Shown here one piece after another: positions 13,467-25,826 of a DNA stretch of 64,000 nucleotides. Location: NCBI GenBank assembly GCA_050084985.1, contig JBITNC010000001.1, positions 48,422,001 to 48,486,000 of the forward strand, read 5' to 3'. A program made the position numbers and the translations under genes. The stretch is from Nageia nagi. Its lineage: Eukaryota; Plantae; Pinophyta. Below the pieces are notes generated by a model. That model ran no database searches and was not told the origin of the DNA. It saw only the letters and a program-made list of their open reading frames with translations. Position 1 is the stretch's first letter. The number at the start of each line of letters is the position of its first letter.

Positions 13467-15518
13467 GTAAGGTTTTTTATAATTTTATATTTCGTTACTG
13501 CTTCCAATATAACCCGTTCAAATATATTCTAGTAAAGTTCTTAATTAAAATTTAAACCTGAATTCCTTGAAGAAAAGAGTCGGAAAGCATGCACATGAAA
13601 TTTGAAACTCTTTAGTTTCCACATCTGTAGCTGAAGGCTTTATGAAAGGTGTCACCATAACACTAATAAAATAATATAAACTATACCCTACTTAAACAGG
13701 TTATCTGAAAAGCTGGAAAAAATGACAGCCACCACATATTGGCCAAATTGGGAAATTCTGTTAATCATAAAACTAAACATCCTTGTTTTTGTTTACTCCT
13801 GTAGGGCTATCAAAATTTCTGTGGAGAGGAAAGTTGTTGTGCCTGCATAACACACCCTAAGATGCAGCATTTTGGTAACCCTATTTTTTGCAAAGGCAAT
13901 GAGGTGTATTGTCTTGAGATTGGCTTTTGGCGACAAATAGTTCATTCTGAAGAGTGCAAATATGATATCAGGTAGCGATTCAAGGAGATCATGCGATGAA
14001 GACCTTGAAAAGTATTAGAGTATCCATCGTCAGTTTTGCAGCCAAGGAGTTAGGATCTGAGAGCTATTGACAGAGCACGGGTTTTTGGCTCTAGATTGAG
14101 ATTAATAGAGATGGGATTGTTTTGTTCAATTTTGAGCTTGGAAATGGCGAGTGTGACGAAAATGTGCGTTTTTGCAGTGTCAAAAATGCAAAGTTGAGCT
14201 CGAAATGATCGTTTTTGCACACTTCGAGCTCGGAAATGCTGGAAATGACCGAGTGTGGTGGAAAATGTGCGTTTTGGTCGAGTTTGAGCTTGGAAAGGAT
14301 GAAAATGATCGAGATGATAGGGAATTGATCATGAATGTTTGGAAACAGTTGATACTACTAAAGATGGTGCACAAAGGCTTTTCACGGGACACTATGATAC
14401 TATCTATTTTGAAGCTTGTGGGACTCCTAACTCTAGAAGATGGTGTCCCTAAGCAGTTGATTCAAGCATTCGTAAGGATGAGCCAAGTGCAAAATGGGAA
14501 ATTAAGTATCTTTTCCCATGGAAATGATGAAGGATCAAGTGACCATGTAGATGCTCCCAAGGGTGGATAGATAGTATAGATTTTTGGTAATGGAGAGTTT
14601 GATGATAAAGGGTGATGAAGAATATGTTGGAGGCTTTTTCTTTCCTACCCCTGTAGGTTGGCAAGTAGTATTGCAGGGCTTAGGGGAAAGACTCCAATAC
14701 CTGAGTGGTAGGGCGTTACCCCTACCTGCTATGAGGATTGTTCACCTCAAAGGTTAGAAAGTGAAGGGTGCATGGGCTTACTCAGGTGGTTTGGTAGAGA
14801 TGTTTTAAGCTATCACCAACTCAAATGAAATTTGTTACTTAAGGACTCGAAGGGTCTCTCTAATCCAGTGAGGTTGTTTCTCGAAGAAAAATAAAAAAAT
14901 AAAAGAAGGTTGTTGCGAAAGCCGCGCAAAAAAAAAGAAAAATAAACAAAAGGGGTTTGTGAAGAGATGGTGATATATGAATGGGGCTCTAGGGCAATGT
15001 TCTCACCGATTAGTGTGAATTTCAGAGACTTGGCTCGCATGGGTTTGTTCTAGGTTCCATGCATTCCCGATCTGACTTGTGAGGCAACAACACGAATACC
15101 TCAACAAGGGAGCTTGAAGCTCAAGTGTGGAAAGGTAGGATAGGATGGGGTAAGACTCAATGACGGAATGAAGTTCCTAGGTTAAACGGCATATGTGAGT
15201 TCTCTCGAAAGACACTAATCCAAAGTGCAAACTACGGAATGTTACAACTACACACCACTTAGAATGTTTCGTAAGATCTACAAGCACTTTTTTGTCCACC
15301 TTTTAGAAGATTTACAAAATGAACCAAACATTCAAGATAGCATAGAGAAATAACATACAATGACATCCATAGTCTAAAATAAGAACATGCTCACTTTAAT
15401 TACTTGAGATTTATATCACAATTGCGAAAAATAGGAAATTTGCAAGTTTGGAAGAATAGTGTAAGTAGTCCAATTTTTCACAAAAATGTCTAATTCCTTA
15501 CAAGTGACCCAAAATGGG

Positions 15519-15528
15519 CTATATATAG
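15519..15528 (-). promoter_or_regulatory. Main LTR TATA box (U3/R region) of the nested LTR
   Basis: TAGGGTTAGGG...AAAACTATATATAGCCC lies about 900 bp from the LTR 3' end. The same motif and spacing occur at about 28635-28672 in the other solo LTR. Confidence 0.6.
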
Positions 15529-15769
15529 TTTTAGAGCAACTCTAAATGTTGCCCTAACCCTAATTGCAACTTACGAGAAAATAAAATATGGTCCAATCAA
15601 AAAACGCCACATGGCATCACAAGATATCTTCCAAGTTTGTGGGAGCAAATCCTCATCCATCACAAACTTAGGAATTATTAACCAATAAATTCAAGTTTCC
15701 AATAACTATGGAATAAAATAAAATAAAATATAACAAGTATTGTGACTAGGCGTTTGGTGGACCCAACGC

Positions 15770-18700
15770 CTCTACATGCCCCTCAAAGTCGTTGTCTAGG
15801 AATTTAGCTATGAGCTCCAATCCATGCAATATCTCTGATACTGGGCTTGTTCTTGGCCATGTAGTGCTCCACCTTGTCTACTATCCTCAACATATCCTTC
15901 TCCTAGGCATGAGCCTTAAGCAAATGCTCCAAGTGATTGCCAGTCTAGAATGTGTTGATATCTTCAGTCATAATCAAGCTGTGAAGGAAATGCCTCACTT
16001 CTGCCACCACCAAGTCTCTGTCTCGGATGCTTGCATCATCATCAAGGAACTTTACCTGGAACTCCATTTGCTCAAGGTAAGTGTTTGCTTTGTCATTGAG
16101 CTTCTACACATCCTTTTGCACCTCTTGGAATCGAGTGCTATTTGATTGACCACACCCAAATAGAACCAATATTCTTCGCAAAAACTTCACGTCTTTTGGC
16201 TTGTGATTCTGTGTCATCTCAAACTGCATGATCATGTGCCGCCTAGAATCCAGGACTCTGAGAAAATTGGTTCTCTACAATGATATCTTTGAGCTTCTGC
16301 TCCTTGAGCGCTACCCTCTCTAGTGCTCCAATAAATTGCTGAACTACTGCCAAGACCTCATCTATTTGCTTTTGTTTCACCGCAATCATACCCTCCTTAA
16401 GTGGCTTGATCTTTCGAAGTTCTTCAGTGGGTACCTTAGTCGAATCCAATTCCTTTGTCAACTTCTTCTACGCGGCTAACTCCTTCTTGAGGCCCTTAAT
16501 CTCCTTATCTTTCATCATACCATCTTTGGTGATGGCCTCAGCGCTGGAGATGATTGCATGTTTCTGAACAGCCAAACTGATCAAACCTATATTAATGATC
16601 TGGTTAATATGCCTAAGGTCTTCTAGGCGTTGTGGGTTCTCCTTGTTGGCTATAATAGTCTTAATGTGTATAGCATTATCAGCCAAGTGGACATACGTCT
16701 GGGATTTTCTTAGATGAGTGGAGCTTTCTTCTACTTGGTCATCCTTTTCCCCTACTTCAAATTCTTTTCCGACGTCCATATTGAACACATCAAGACATTC
16801 CTCCATGTTGACACCCTACTTATCCCTAGGTGATGGTTGATAAGTGTCCACAGATGGCCTCTTGATTGGCAAAAATGTTCCTCTTTATTCTCTTTGAGGG
16901 TCTCTCCTCCTTCTGTTCATCATGCTGATCATCTGAAACTCCTGTGGCTTGGGATTGCGGAGTCCCTTCAATTGAGCCCTCCTTTGTATTGTCTTTGAAA
17001 TTGGTTCTCTGCTTCTCTCTGTAGATGGCCCTAACGTTGTATGCCTACGAATCTCCTCTAAAATCTCCATAGACACATCTTGTCATTGTGCATCAGGGAT
17101 CTCCTCGTCTTGGACCATATTCTGCTCCTGTTCATCCTCCGATACAATAATCTCTCCTTCCTTTTGGTTTTCATCGGGCTTGTAAGAGGGACTGGAGGTT
17201 GTTGACCCAGATGATGGTAAAACAGGTGACATCGCAGCTAAGGTGGCTCTAGGTGGTGGAGAAGGATCTTGATGTCTATTTCGCACACACCTTACTACCT
17301 TATCTGTGGCTACCCGCTCTAGTTCCCTTGCATCATGCTCATCCATGATGGCCTGCACTTGCTGTACAACTCGTTCAACTAGGTTCTTGCAACGCATGGA
17401 TGCATACTGCCCAACAGGTGTCTTGTTTACTGGAGAAGATTGCGTGACCTTGGAAGTAGACTCTTGAATTCTTCTTCTTTTGTTCCCCGAGAGTCTCTTA
17501 CTAATTGTGGCTTCCACACAGTGTTGCTCATCACTTGCATTCTTGTGTACCCTTTCCCTTATCCTCTTGATCTCTACCTCATTGCTGATATTCCGGAAAG
17601 GTTTCTTGTCCGCAAGTGGCTTATGTTCATAGGCTTTCTTCCTTTCCTTCATGAAGAATGAGTGCAACCTGTGGTTCGGATCATAGTGGTCAGTGGAAGG
17701 CATCTTCTTGAAGTTGAATCTAGCCAACTCTTCTTTCATAGCATCCACATCCGCCTAGAACTTACATTGGTATTCTCCCACATCGATCGGTAGATTTGAT
17801 GTAGCCGATTTCTTCTGCCACACTTGTTCGTGTAAAAAGGCCAATTGCCTCATAATCTCCATTAGCAGAATCCTATTATTCACGAACCTTGGCAATTGAT
17901 AGGGCTATACGACTGATCCATGTATACGAATATAAGAGAAGTGTTGGTGATGGAGGAAGAAATCGCCATGCTTCTTCAAAGCATCTTGGGCAAAATTGGA
18001 GATCCGTGCAATTGTGATCTCTCCCTTAAGTTCTTTATATATCTAATATTCCCATCCATCGTTTTTCATTGTAAAACTATCCCACCTCTCTAACTTCCAC
18101 TTGGGATAGCACTTCCAAATGGAGTAAGTTCCTCTTTCTACCCAAGCCGTCTCACCTTGCGCTGTAACCCTGTATTTGCTATGGAGCAACATGTAACCAA
18201 GTATGAATTGATGTAGAATTTAGAAGTTGTATCAATGGATGACAATTGATCGGCAATTGAGTTGCTCAACACCTTGCTCCATTCGATCCTTCTACCTCTA
18301 GCAATCTCAAGAATGAACCCAAAGACTCCTTCATGAATTTTGAAGCGTCTTCCTTCTTGAGAACTTTGGATAACAGGAGAATCATTAACTCGTCTGCCGG
18401 GTAGAAGTTAGAGCGAGGAGCATTGATGAGTGCATTTCCCTTCAACCTGTGATGTTCTTCGAACATCCAACTCTTAATAGCGATGGATGCCCTGGGAGTC
18501 TCTTTGTAGCATGCGAGTGACCTAGCTTTGCTATATTCATAGTCACCCTCAGAAGTCCATTGAAATGCTGCTTTAATAGCTTCGGGGCGAAAGTCCATAA
18601 TGATGTCTCCCTTGATGTCTTGGAGGATTCTCTCTCCCTTCTGCTAGTGGTGATTAACTTCCATGCACAACTTAGGGAATGGGGCTGTGAGCGGGATGAA

Positions 18701-18960
18701 GGTGCAGGTGGAGAGCCGGAGAAGAAGACAATGTCCTGCTTTAGGTCGGTGGAAAGAAGCCCACCAATGCTCTCCCTCATCTGCATGGGGTCTATGTTTT
18801 GCCAGTTAGTATCTCCGATGGTTGCAAAACCGTTCCTCAAGAACCGGGCCCCTTGCGGAAGGGCTTGTTGTCTCTCAAGAATGGAGATAATGCAATCCTG
18901 TTTCAACCGCTCGAGGTCTCTAGCAAAGTTAGGAGCTGAATTGCCCTTGGAGGGAGTCAT
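15770..18960 (-). pseudogene. Decayed ORF of ~1000 codons and unknown function inside the LTR (structured N-terminal domain, S/P-rich and acidic linker, coiled-coil C-terminus)
   Basis: A chain of collinear minus-strand ORF fragments (19011-18442, 18598-18266, 17748-17083, 16806-16468, 16461-16243 and beyond) is joined by single TAG/TGA stops or 1-bp frameshifts. No RT, RH, IN, PR or gag motifs. Confidence 0.8.
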
Positions 18961-19180
18961 GGTATTTTCAATTGCGATGTGGCTCACCAAGGATGCTACG
19001 TGGCTTTCCAAGTGAGAATAACTCTCACGTGATGGTAGCTAACCTCCCAAATGCTTGCGCAAGCCCTAAGATGCACTAATTAAGATGTTTGGATGCAAAA
19101 ATCTGCAATTTCTTGCTATTTTGGCGCAAGGGTAGAAGTGGAGCAAGTTTTGAATTTGGGAAAATGAGGTCCCAAAGCTT

Positions 19181-19190
19181 GTATTTATAG
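19181..19190 (-). promoter_or_regulatory. TATA box upstream of the LTR-embedded ORF
   Basis: GGCTATAAATACAAGCTTTGGGACCTCATTTTCCC lies about 220 bp before the ATG at 18960. Its context resembles the outer LTR TATA (GCCTATAAATAAGAGGCATGGGGTCTCATTTTCACC). Confidence 0.55.
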
Positions 19191-22100
19191 CCAATTTGTC
19201 TCCCACCTTGCTCTAGGTAGCTAGAGTTTCTATCAAACTTGATCATAGCTCTCTATCTGGTTGACCTCGAGATGTGTGCCGGTTCGGAAATTCATGCCAA
19301 GCCTCTTGTGTCCATACATTGGGGTCCAGAAGGTCATTCAGGCTGGGCGCATGGACAAAAAAGACAGAAAGGTAACTTTTTAAACCATTTGCCAGCCCTG
19401 GAAGGGAGTATGCTCCCAATTTTGGGTCTCCTGGTCATGTGCTTGCTTGCTTTTATCTTCCAACTCACCCATTAACCTGATTTCTCTCAATTTTTGGTGT
19501 TCCAATCGGCTGAATTTACCAATTTTGATGCTTCGTTTCAAATTGGGCAACTTGTAGGCTTGGTGCATTTTCATGCTTCTCGAATCTTGGAGGCTTCCTA
19601 GGCTTGGTGCATGCCTCAAAAAGTCAAGAATTTGTCTTTTGAGGTCATGCGCCAGCGCCCCTAGATATGATTGAATTGGTTTTGAATCCCTCGGGTCCAT
19701 GCCTTGTCAAATTTTCACTTTCTGTCGGATTGAAAGCCCTTCCAAGCTTGGCGCATGGTTCAAAAAGACAAGATTGAGTCATGCACCAGCCTCTTGGGTG
19801 ACTTAGATTTTTTTTCCGACATCCAAACTTGCTCAACTTGTCCTCCTAGTCAAATCACATGGTTTAAAAAGACAAGATTTTGTCTTTTTGAAGCATGCGC
19901 CAGCCTCTTGGTGTCTTTGCCTTAGGATTATTGCACCTTCTTCTGGTCTAGAATACTTTCTGTCTCTGGCGCATGCTCAGGAAAGTCATAATTGTCTCCT
20001 GGAGGCATGCGTTGGGCTTGCAAGTGCCTAGACTTCATCTTCGAACCTTTCCTCCCGCCTGGATGGCCCCTTGGCCCAGTCACATGGGTCAAAAAGACAA
20101 GATTCTGCCTTTTTGAAGCATGCGCCAGCCCTTGGGAATGCCTAGTTTGATTGATCAGCTTTCGGCTCGTCTTGGACTTCCTAATTCACCTAGATTCGAC
20201 TTTTACTCTTCCCGGACTTAGCCATTCTAAGGAATTTGCAATTTCTATTTTATCATGGCTAACTCTAACGAAGGGGGAGGCTATGAACTTTGAGTAGTCC
20301 GGGTCTCGGTGACGCAACATGGGGAGTAAAGATGACAACAAAACGAAGTATATACAAAGGTGTGCTTTAGGGTCCCCAAAATTGCAAGGTTTTGGGGCAT
20401 GTTGTATTTTAGTCACAACAAAATACAGTTTCAAACACATTTGGGCTTCGAACTTTTCAGTTCCGATCGAAGGAGCTTCGTAGGGGATGAAATCAAGAGA
20501 TAAAAGTTTTGACTTCCAAGAAGTGTGGAGTTGAGCTTAGATATGGAAAATTGAGTTTTTTCAAACAAGTTGAAATGAAAATCTAAGAGAAAGGTGTGAT
20601 GCCAAATGACAAATTAGGCAACTTTGCGCTTGGAAATTTTGAAAAAGCTCAAGTTTTGCCCTCCGAAATCTTAGGGGGGAGGTTGCCAACTTTTCCCTCA
20701 TTTTCCAGAATCTCGAAAATGGCCTTTCTCAAAATCAGCGCTTACCTTTTGGGAGGCCTAAATTGATCCCAAACAGAAATTTTTGAGCTTGGGAGCATGG
20801 AGAATGCAATTCTACATCAAATTGGTCTTTCAAGTTTGCAATTTCAACAAGATTTGCTCCCTCTAAAGTGGAAAAAACAGGAAAATGAGTAAAGAGGAGT
20901 AAATGACAGCCAATAGAAATGCTTGAAATTTTCGAAATTCCAAATTGTTAAAATGAAAATCTAAGAGAAAGGTGTGATGCCAAATCCAATTTTAGGCACC
21001 TTTGCTCTTGGAATTTTTGGAAAAACACAAAAAATGTCCCCGAAAAGCTAGGTGTAGGTTTGGCATGTTTTCCCCCATTTGGCAAAATCTCGAAAATGAC
21101 CTATTCCTCCCAGAACCATCACCTACCCTTCTTGCACTCTAAAATTTATAAAAAATGGAATTTTTGATCTTCATGAGGTGTAGGATGGGATTTCATACAA
21201 GTTTGATGATTTGAGTTTTTAAAAAAAATTGAGATTTAGTCTTCCAAAATCATCAAAAAGTGATCACCCAATGAGAGAGCTCGAAAATTTTCAAAATTTC
21301 CCAAAATTGGCAAAATCAAAAAAGAAGGAATCCAAAGATGAGCAACTTTGCTCTTGGAACTTTCAAAAATACCAAATTTTTGCCCCCCAAAAAGTCAGGC
21401 ACAGGTTTTCCACCTTTTCCTATTTTTTTGAAATTTGGAAATCCTCCTATCTTCCCCAAAACCTGCGCCAAGCATGGAAGGCTTCAAATTTTGTCAAAAA
21501 TTAAAATTTTTGATCATAGGAGCATGGGAAATCCAATTTTGCACAAGTTTGATGTTATAAATTTTTGAAAAAAAGTGGATCTACTCTCTCAAGATCATAA
21601 ATATGGATCAGCCAATGGGAGAGCTTGAAATTTTTTTCAAAATTGCCAAAATCAAAATTGGAGAGAAAGTTAGGGTGGCAAATATCAAATTGACCATCTT
21701 TGCTCGTGGAATTATTGAAAAAACTCAAGATTTGCCCTCCAAAATCCAGGGGGGATTTACCAAGTTTTGGATCTTTTCAAAATTTTCTCAAACATTCCCA
21801 AGACCTTGAAAACCTGCACCTAGCATTATGGGGGCTTAAAATTTGTCAAAAGTGAAGTTTGTGAGCTTCATGGGGTGCAAAATTCTATTCTACACCATTT
21901 GGGTCTTCCAAGTGCATGATTTGGACAAGAAAAACTCCTCCAAACCATGGATTTGTCCTCCAAAATGGAGAAAATCAGAAAAAAAAAAAAAGAAAACTCC
22001 AAATGAACATAATTTTGAGTTAAGATCCAAAATTTTAGAAATCAATTTTGATGATTGATTTGAGCATCCATTTCCATTGTGAAGAAAAGTGATTTGGATC

Positions 22101-25100
22101 TAATAAAGTGAAGAAAAACACACAAAATTCTCAAGATCCAAGATTTGAAGGCTGAAAATCTTCACTTTTCTTGAAAAAAGAAAAAAAAATGAAGAAAAAA
22201 ATAAAAATTGGAGATCATGTGTGGAATAAAGATCCAAACACTTTGGCTTTTGAAATTTTTGAAAAAAGAGCAAAATTATGCCCATTATGCCTAGGCACTC
22301 ATTTTCCAAGTTTTCGATCTTTTGGCCTTTTCTCAATATTGGGTATGAGTAGGAAACTCCAAAAATGCAAAAACACCTTTGGAGCCTCCAAAAGGCCCTC
22401 TCATGAAAAAGCTCCAAATCTAGTGCCTAAAAGCTCCAAATCCTTTCAAAACTTCCCAAGTACGTTATAATCCCATCCTTCATCCATCCATGAGGTCAAA
22501 TCTACTTTTTAAAATTTTTCCAAATTTTAGACCTATTTTCCAAAAAATAGACAAAAAAATCCACTTTTTTTCGGAAAATTTTCTCATAATTCCTCGATAA
22601 TTTGCCAAAATGATCACATCAAGGGAAAATCCAGATTGAAAGAAAGAAGGAGCTCAAAAGATTGACAAATGGATCCAGAACGGTGATTTGAAGCTCCAAA
22701 TCTTGCAAAATTGATGCAAAACGTCTCAAAATCTTCGCTAGAGGGCATTAATTTTTGTAAATATTTTATTTCAAGCATATTTGAGTGGGATGAGTATTGT
22801 TCTCCCACTAAACGACATTGTAATCTCAATTTAGCATTCAAACTAGCATTTTAATGTTTTTTTAAGAATTAGAGCAACACATGAAAAAATCCCCAAATTT
22901 GCCTATAAATAAGAGGCATGGGGTCTCATTTTCACCAAGCTCATTTTGTGAAAAAAGCGAAACTTTTGTAAAAGAGGGGCAAATTGATGAATTCTTGCAC
23001 AACTCTTTTATGAGCTAAATACAAAGTGGTTAAGGCAAAGATCAAGCTTGTTTATTATTTGTGGTGTTGGGAATTGAACTTTAAGGATTATAATTGTTCA
23101 TTTGACACTTTCGCATCCTTCCTTTGAAAAATCACGAGTTTTAGAGAAAGTATCATTGCTTTACCTTTCTAAAGTGTTGGAAACAAGTCTTTGATAGTTG
23201 CTTGGTTCATCAAATGCATGTCAGATGAAGTATTCTGAATTTGTTTCCTGTTTTATGACATCAAACTAGAGGTTTACATTTAAACTCTTGTTCTTCCCAC
23301 TTCTTCCACCACATCCATTTGATTGCTTGCAATTGGTTGCACTTCTTGCTCCTCTTTGAAACAACTCGAACAATAGTTGTTTGTTTGCAAAGTTGGATGA
23401 ATTGGATGAAATCCCTTAACTGATTCGAAAATGAACTTTCTAGACAATGCTTTATCGTGGTGACCAGTTTGGTATCTAACCAAGTATTCGTTTCTATTTC
23501 ACAAGTGCAGTCTCTCACTTTCCAATATTGCCTTTATGCTTTATTTATGTTTTTGCAAACCCAAATACAATTGTTAAGTCCACACAAAGTATTATGAATA
23601 AAATCTTAATCAAATAAAAAAACGTTGGTTAACAAACTGCTACCTCTCATTCAATTCATTTTCCATTGAAGCTGATTCCAAAGAGGGATACCGCACATAC
23701 ATTATCTATCCCTACGCAGAAACACTTGAGCAAGCGTTGAATTTTGCTTGGCAAGGATACCTACAACATCAAAGCATTGAGTAGGTGTTTCGACAAGAGC
23801 CTTGGAGGTATAAAGTCCTTTTCAAACGGGGGAATTGGTAACGCTTTCCCGACTATGTTGTTGGGGAGTTCCTAAGTCCCAAGGTGATTTTCAGAGAGTT
23901 GCCAGCGGGAAAGAAAAACATCCCAACAAAAGTCTAACCAATATATGTAAATAATCATCTTTCAGTATAATTTGACACATAAAACACCAGTTTGAAATGT
24001 TGATGATATTAACAACAGGAGAATAAGTAAAAAAGAAATCTCATCCTTCCTGTGAGAGACTAAATTTGTAGTGTCAATAATTGGCTATGCCTTGAATATT
24101 GACAGGTACTGAATTCGAAACTACAAACATGAATAGTCTTTTGAATAAATTGGCACAGGACAAAATACAGTGAAGACCTAGGATGCGGAGCCATGGCATG
24201 CTTTTAGATACATGCTTGGACAGTAATAATATGCCAATAGCAAGTAGCAATTTCAATGTTATTTACATTTTTTTGTGTTTTAGCAGTTGAACCAGTTTAG
24301 ACAACCTGCAAGGTCTCCAAGGCTTTTCTGAATCTCTTGCACAGGTTTGGCTGATTCTAGTAACTGGGCCAAATAGAAATGGTGTCAACGTTATACTTCC
24401 AAATCCAAATTGATACATATGGCAGCTTAAGACTCACCTGAAATGTGCTTTCATCATAGCTGAACATGTAGATGAATTGCAGAGAATCATTCGTAAGTGT
24501 TCTTTATTAGATCTGTCAAAAGTAAAAATTGAATCATCACTGTGGTATAATAAATTATAAACTTGGAAATCAAAGTTTAGTGGGTGGTCTTAATGGTCTT
24601 GAATATAGGAGCAATACTGTTCATGTGTACACACCACACATTCATGGGCTCTAAGTTTGTGTGGTGATGTTCAATATCAGTGACTGCACTGCAGAGTAAT
24701 AGGCATTGAATTGCTATTTGAGTTTATGCTATGACTGAATATCGGTACAAATTGCCAATGAATTGTTGAACATGTGGACCATCCGACCAAGTATTGCTTT
24801 GGACTTTGAGGAGTATGAGGGCAAACATCTATTCATGCTCAAGAATACATAGCTTGTTTTGTCAAGTTTGTAGGGTGTTATTTAAATTTGAAGGATCTAA
24901 ATCTATATTTATATGTTCTTGTTCTCTGTTTTTACATCCTCTCTTTTTAAGATAGAAGAGAAAACATCGCATAAACAAAACAAGCTTGACGATTTTATTA
25001 TACAACTTAATTATATGAGAAACAATCATTGATATATATTTATTTCTAGACAAACTTTGATAGGTCTTACAAACCAAGGGGTTTAAAAGGACATTAAAAG

Positions 25101-25826
25101 ACTTTCTATCTATATCCTATGTTAAGAAATCTACATGCATTTCTAGAAATTGAAGATTTGGGACATAAAATATCCAAGTTGGAGTTAAAAGGGGCTTTAA
25201 AAATGCAAGTGATAGTCTAATAACCTGTTTTAAAGATTGCTTCTAAATTAATAGGATTTCTATGCTTAGCTGTATATTATCAATACTTTATTTGAAATTA
25301 AGCCTATATTGTTGCACCCCTAACAGACCTATTAAAAAATGATTCTTCACTTTGTTCATTGAAACTGAACAAAGTTTTAGAAACTAAAGAAGTATTAACA
25401 TGAACACCTATTTTAACAATGCCAATTTTTTCCAAACCATTTGTAATTGAATGTGATACATCTGGCATAACAATCAGAGCAGTAATCATGTAAGAAGGTC
25501 ATCCATGACTATCATGCATGGCATTGGAAATTTAGGTATTGTTTGTTAGGAGTTATATTTAACAGTACAACTGATCACGCCAACCTATAGTATTTACCAC
25601 CAGAGAAAACCTTATCTGCATAACAACAAAATTGTTGAGAAGACACAAACTATCAACTACGAAATATATCACAAAAAGCAAAAGGATAATCAAGCAGCTG
25701 ATACCTAATCAAGATAGTATGCATATGCCACAATTTTCTATTAATGTTCTTGACTGGATAAGTGAGGTTTAGGGTGATAATGTAAAAAGCAAAGAATGTT
25801 GTAATATTAACAAATAAAATATATAT

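Larger units (their letters stand above)
14625..20420 (-). mobile_element. Nested 5796-bp solo LTR of a related subfamily containing a long decayed ORF
   Basis: The minus strand reads TGTTGTGACTAAAATACAACATGCCCC...GGAAAGAAAAAGCCTCCAACA. Flanks are GAATA (14620-14624) and AAATA (20421-20425), a TSD with one transition. It is absent from the sister LTR at 5724-10075. No internal direct repeats, PBS, PPT, gag or pol were seen. Confidence 0.85.
13835..23928 (+). mobile_element. Solo LTR (~4.3 kb of its own sequence) of the Tat/Ogre-like family, carrying a nested 5.8-kb solo LTR
   Basis: Ends are TGTTGTGCC...CATCCCAACA with a perfect 5-bp TSD AAAGT (13830-13834 and 23929-23933). With the insert removed it is collinear with 5724-10075. 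TATA is at about 22904. Confidence 0.92.

Noticed and set aside
19300-20160. CRISPR-like appearance of interspersed short repeats (also 26490-27710)
   Set aside because: The context is a eukaryotic LTR, the repeats are degenerate and in both orientations, the spacers are similar to each other, and there are no cas genes.
14625-20420. Reading the insert as a DNA transposon or a captured host gene
   Set aside because: The 5-bp TSD, the TG..CA ends and the terminal motifs shared with neighbouring LTRs fit an LTR. No DDE transposase motif, long TIRs or introns were seen.
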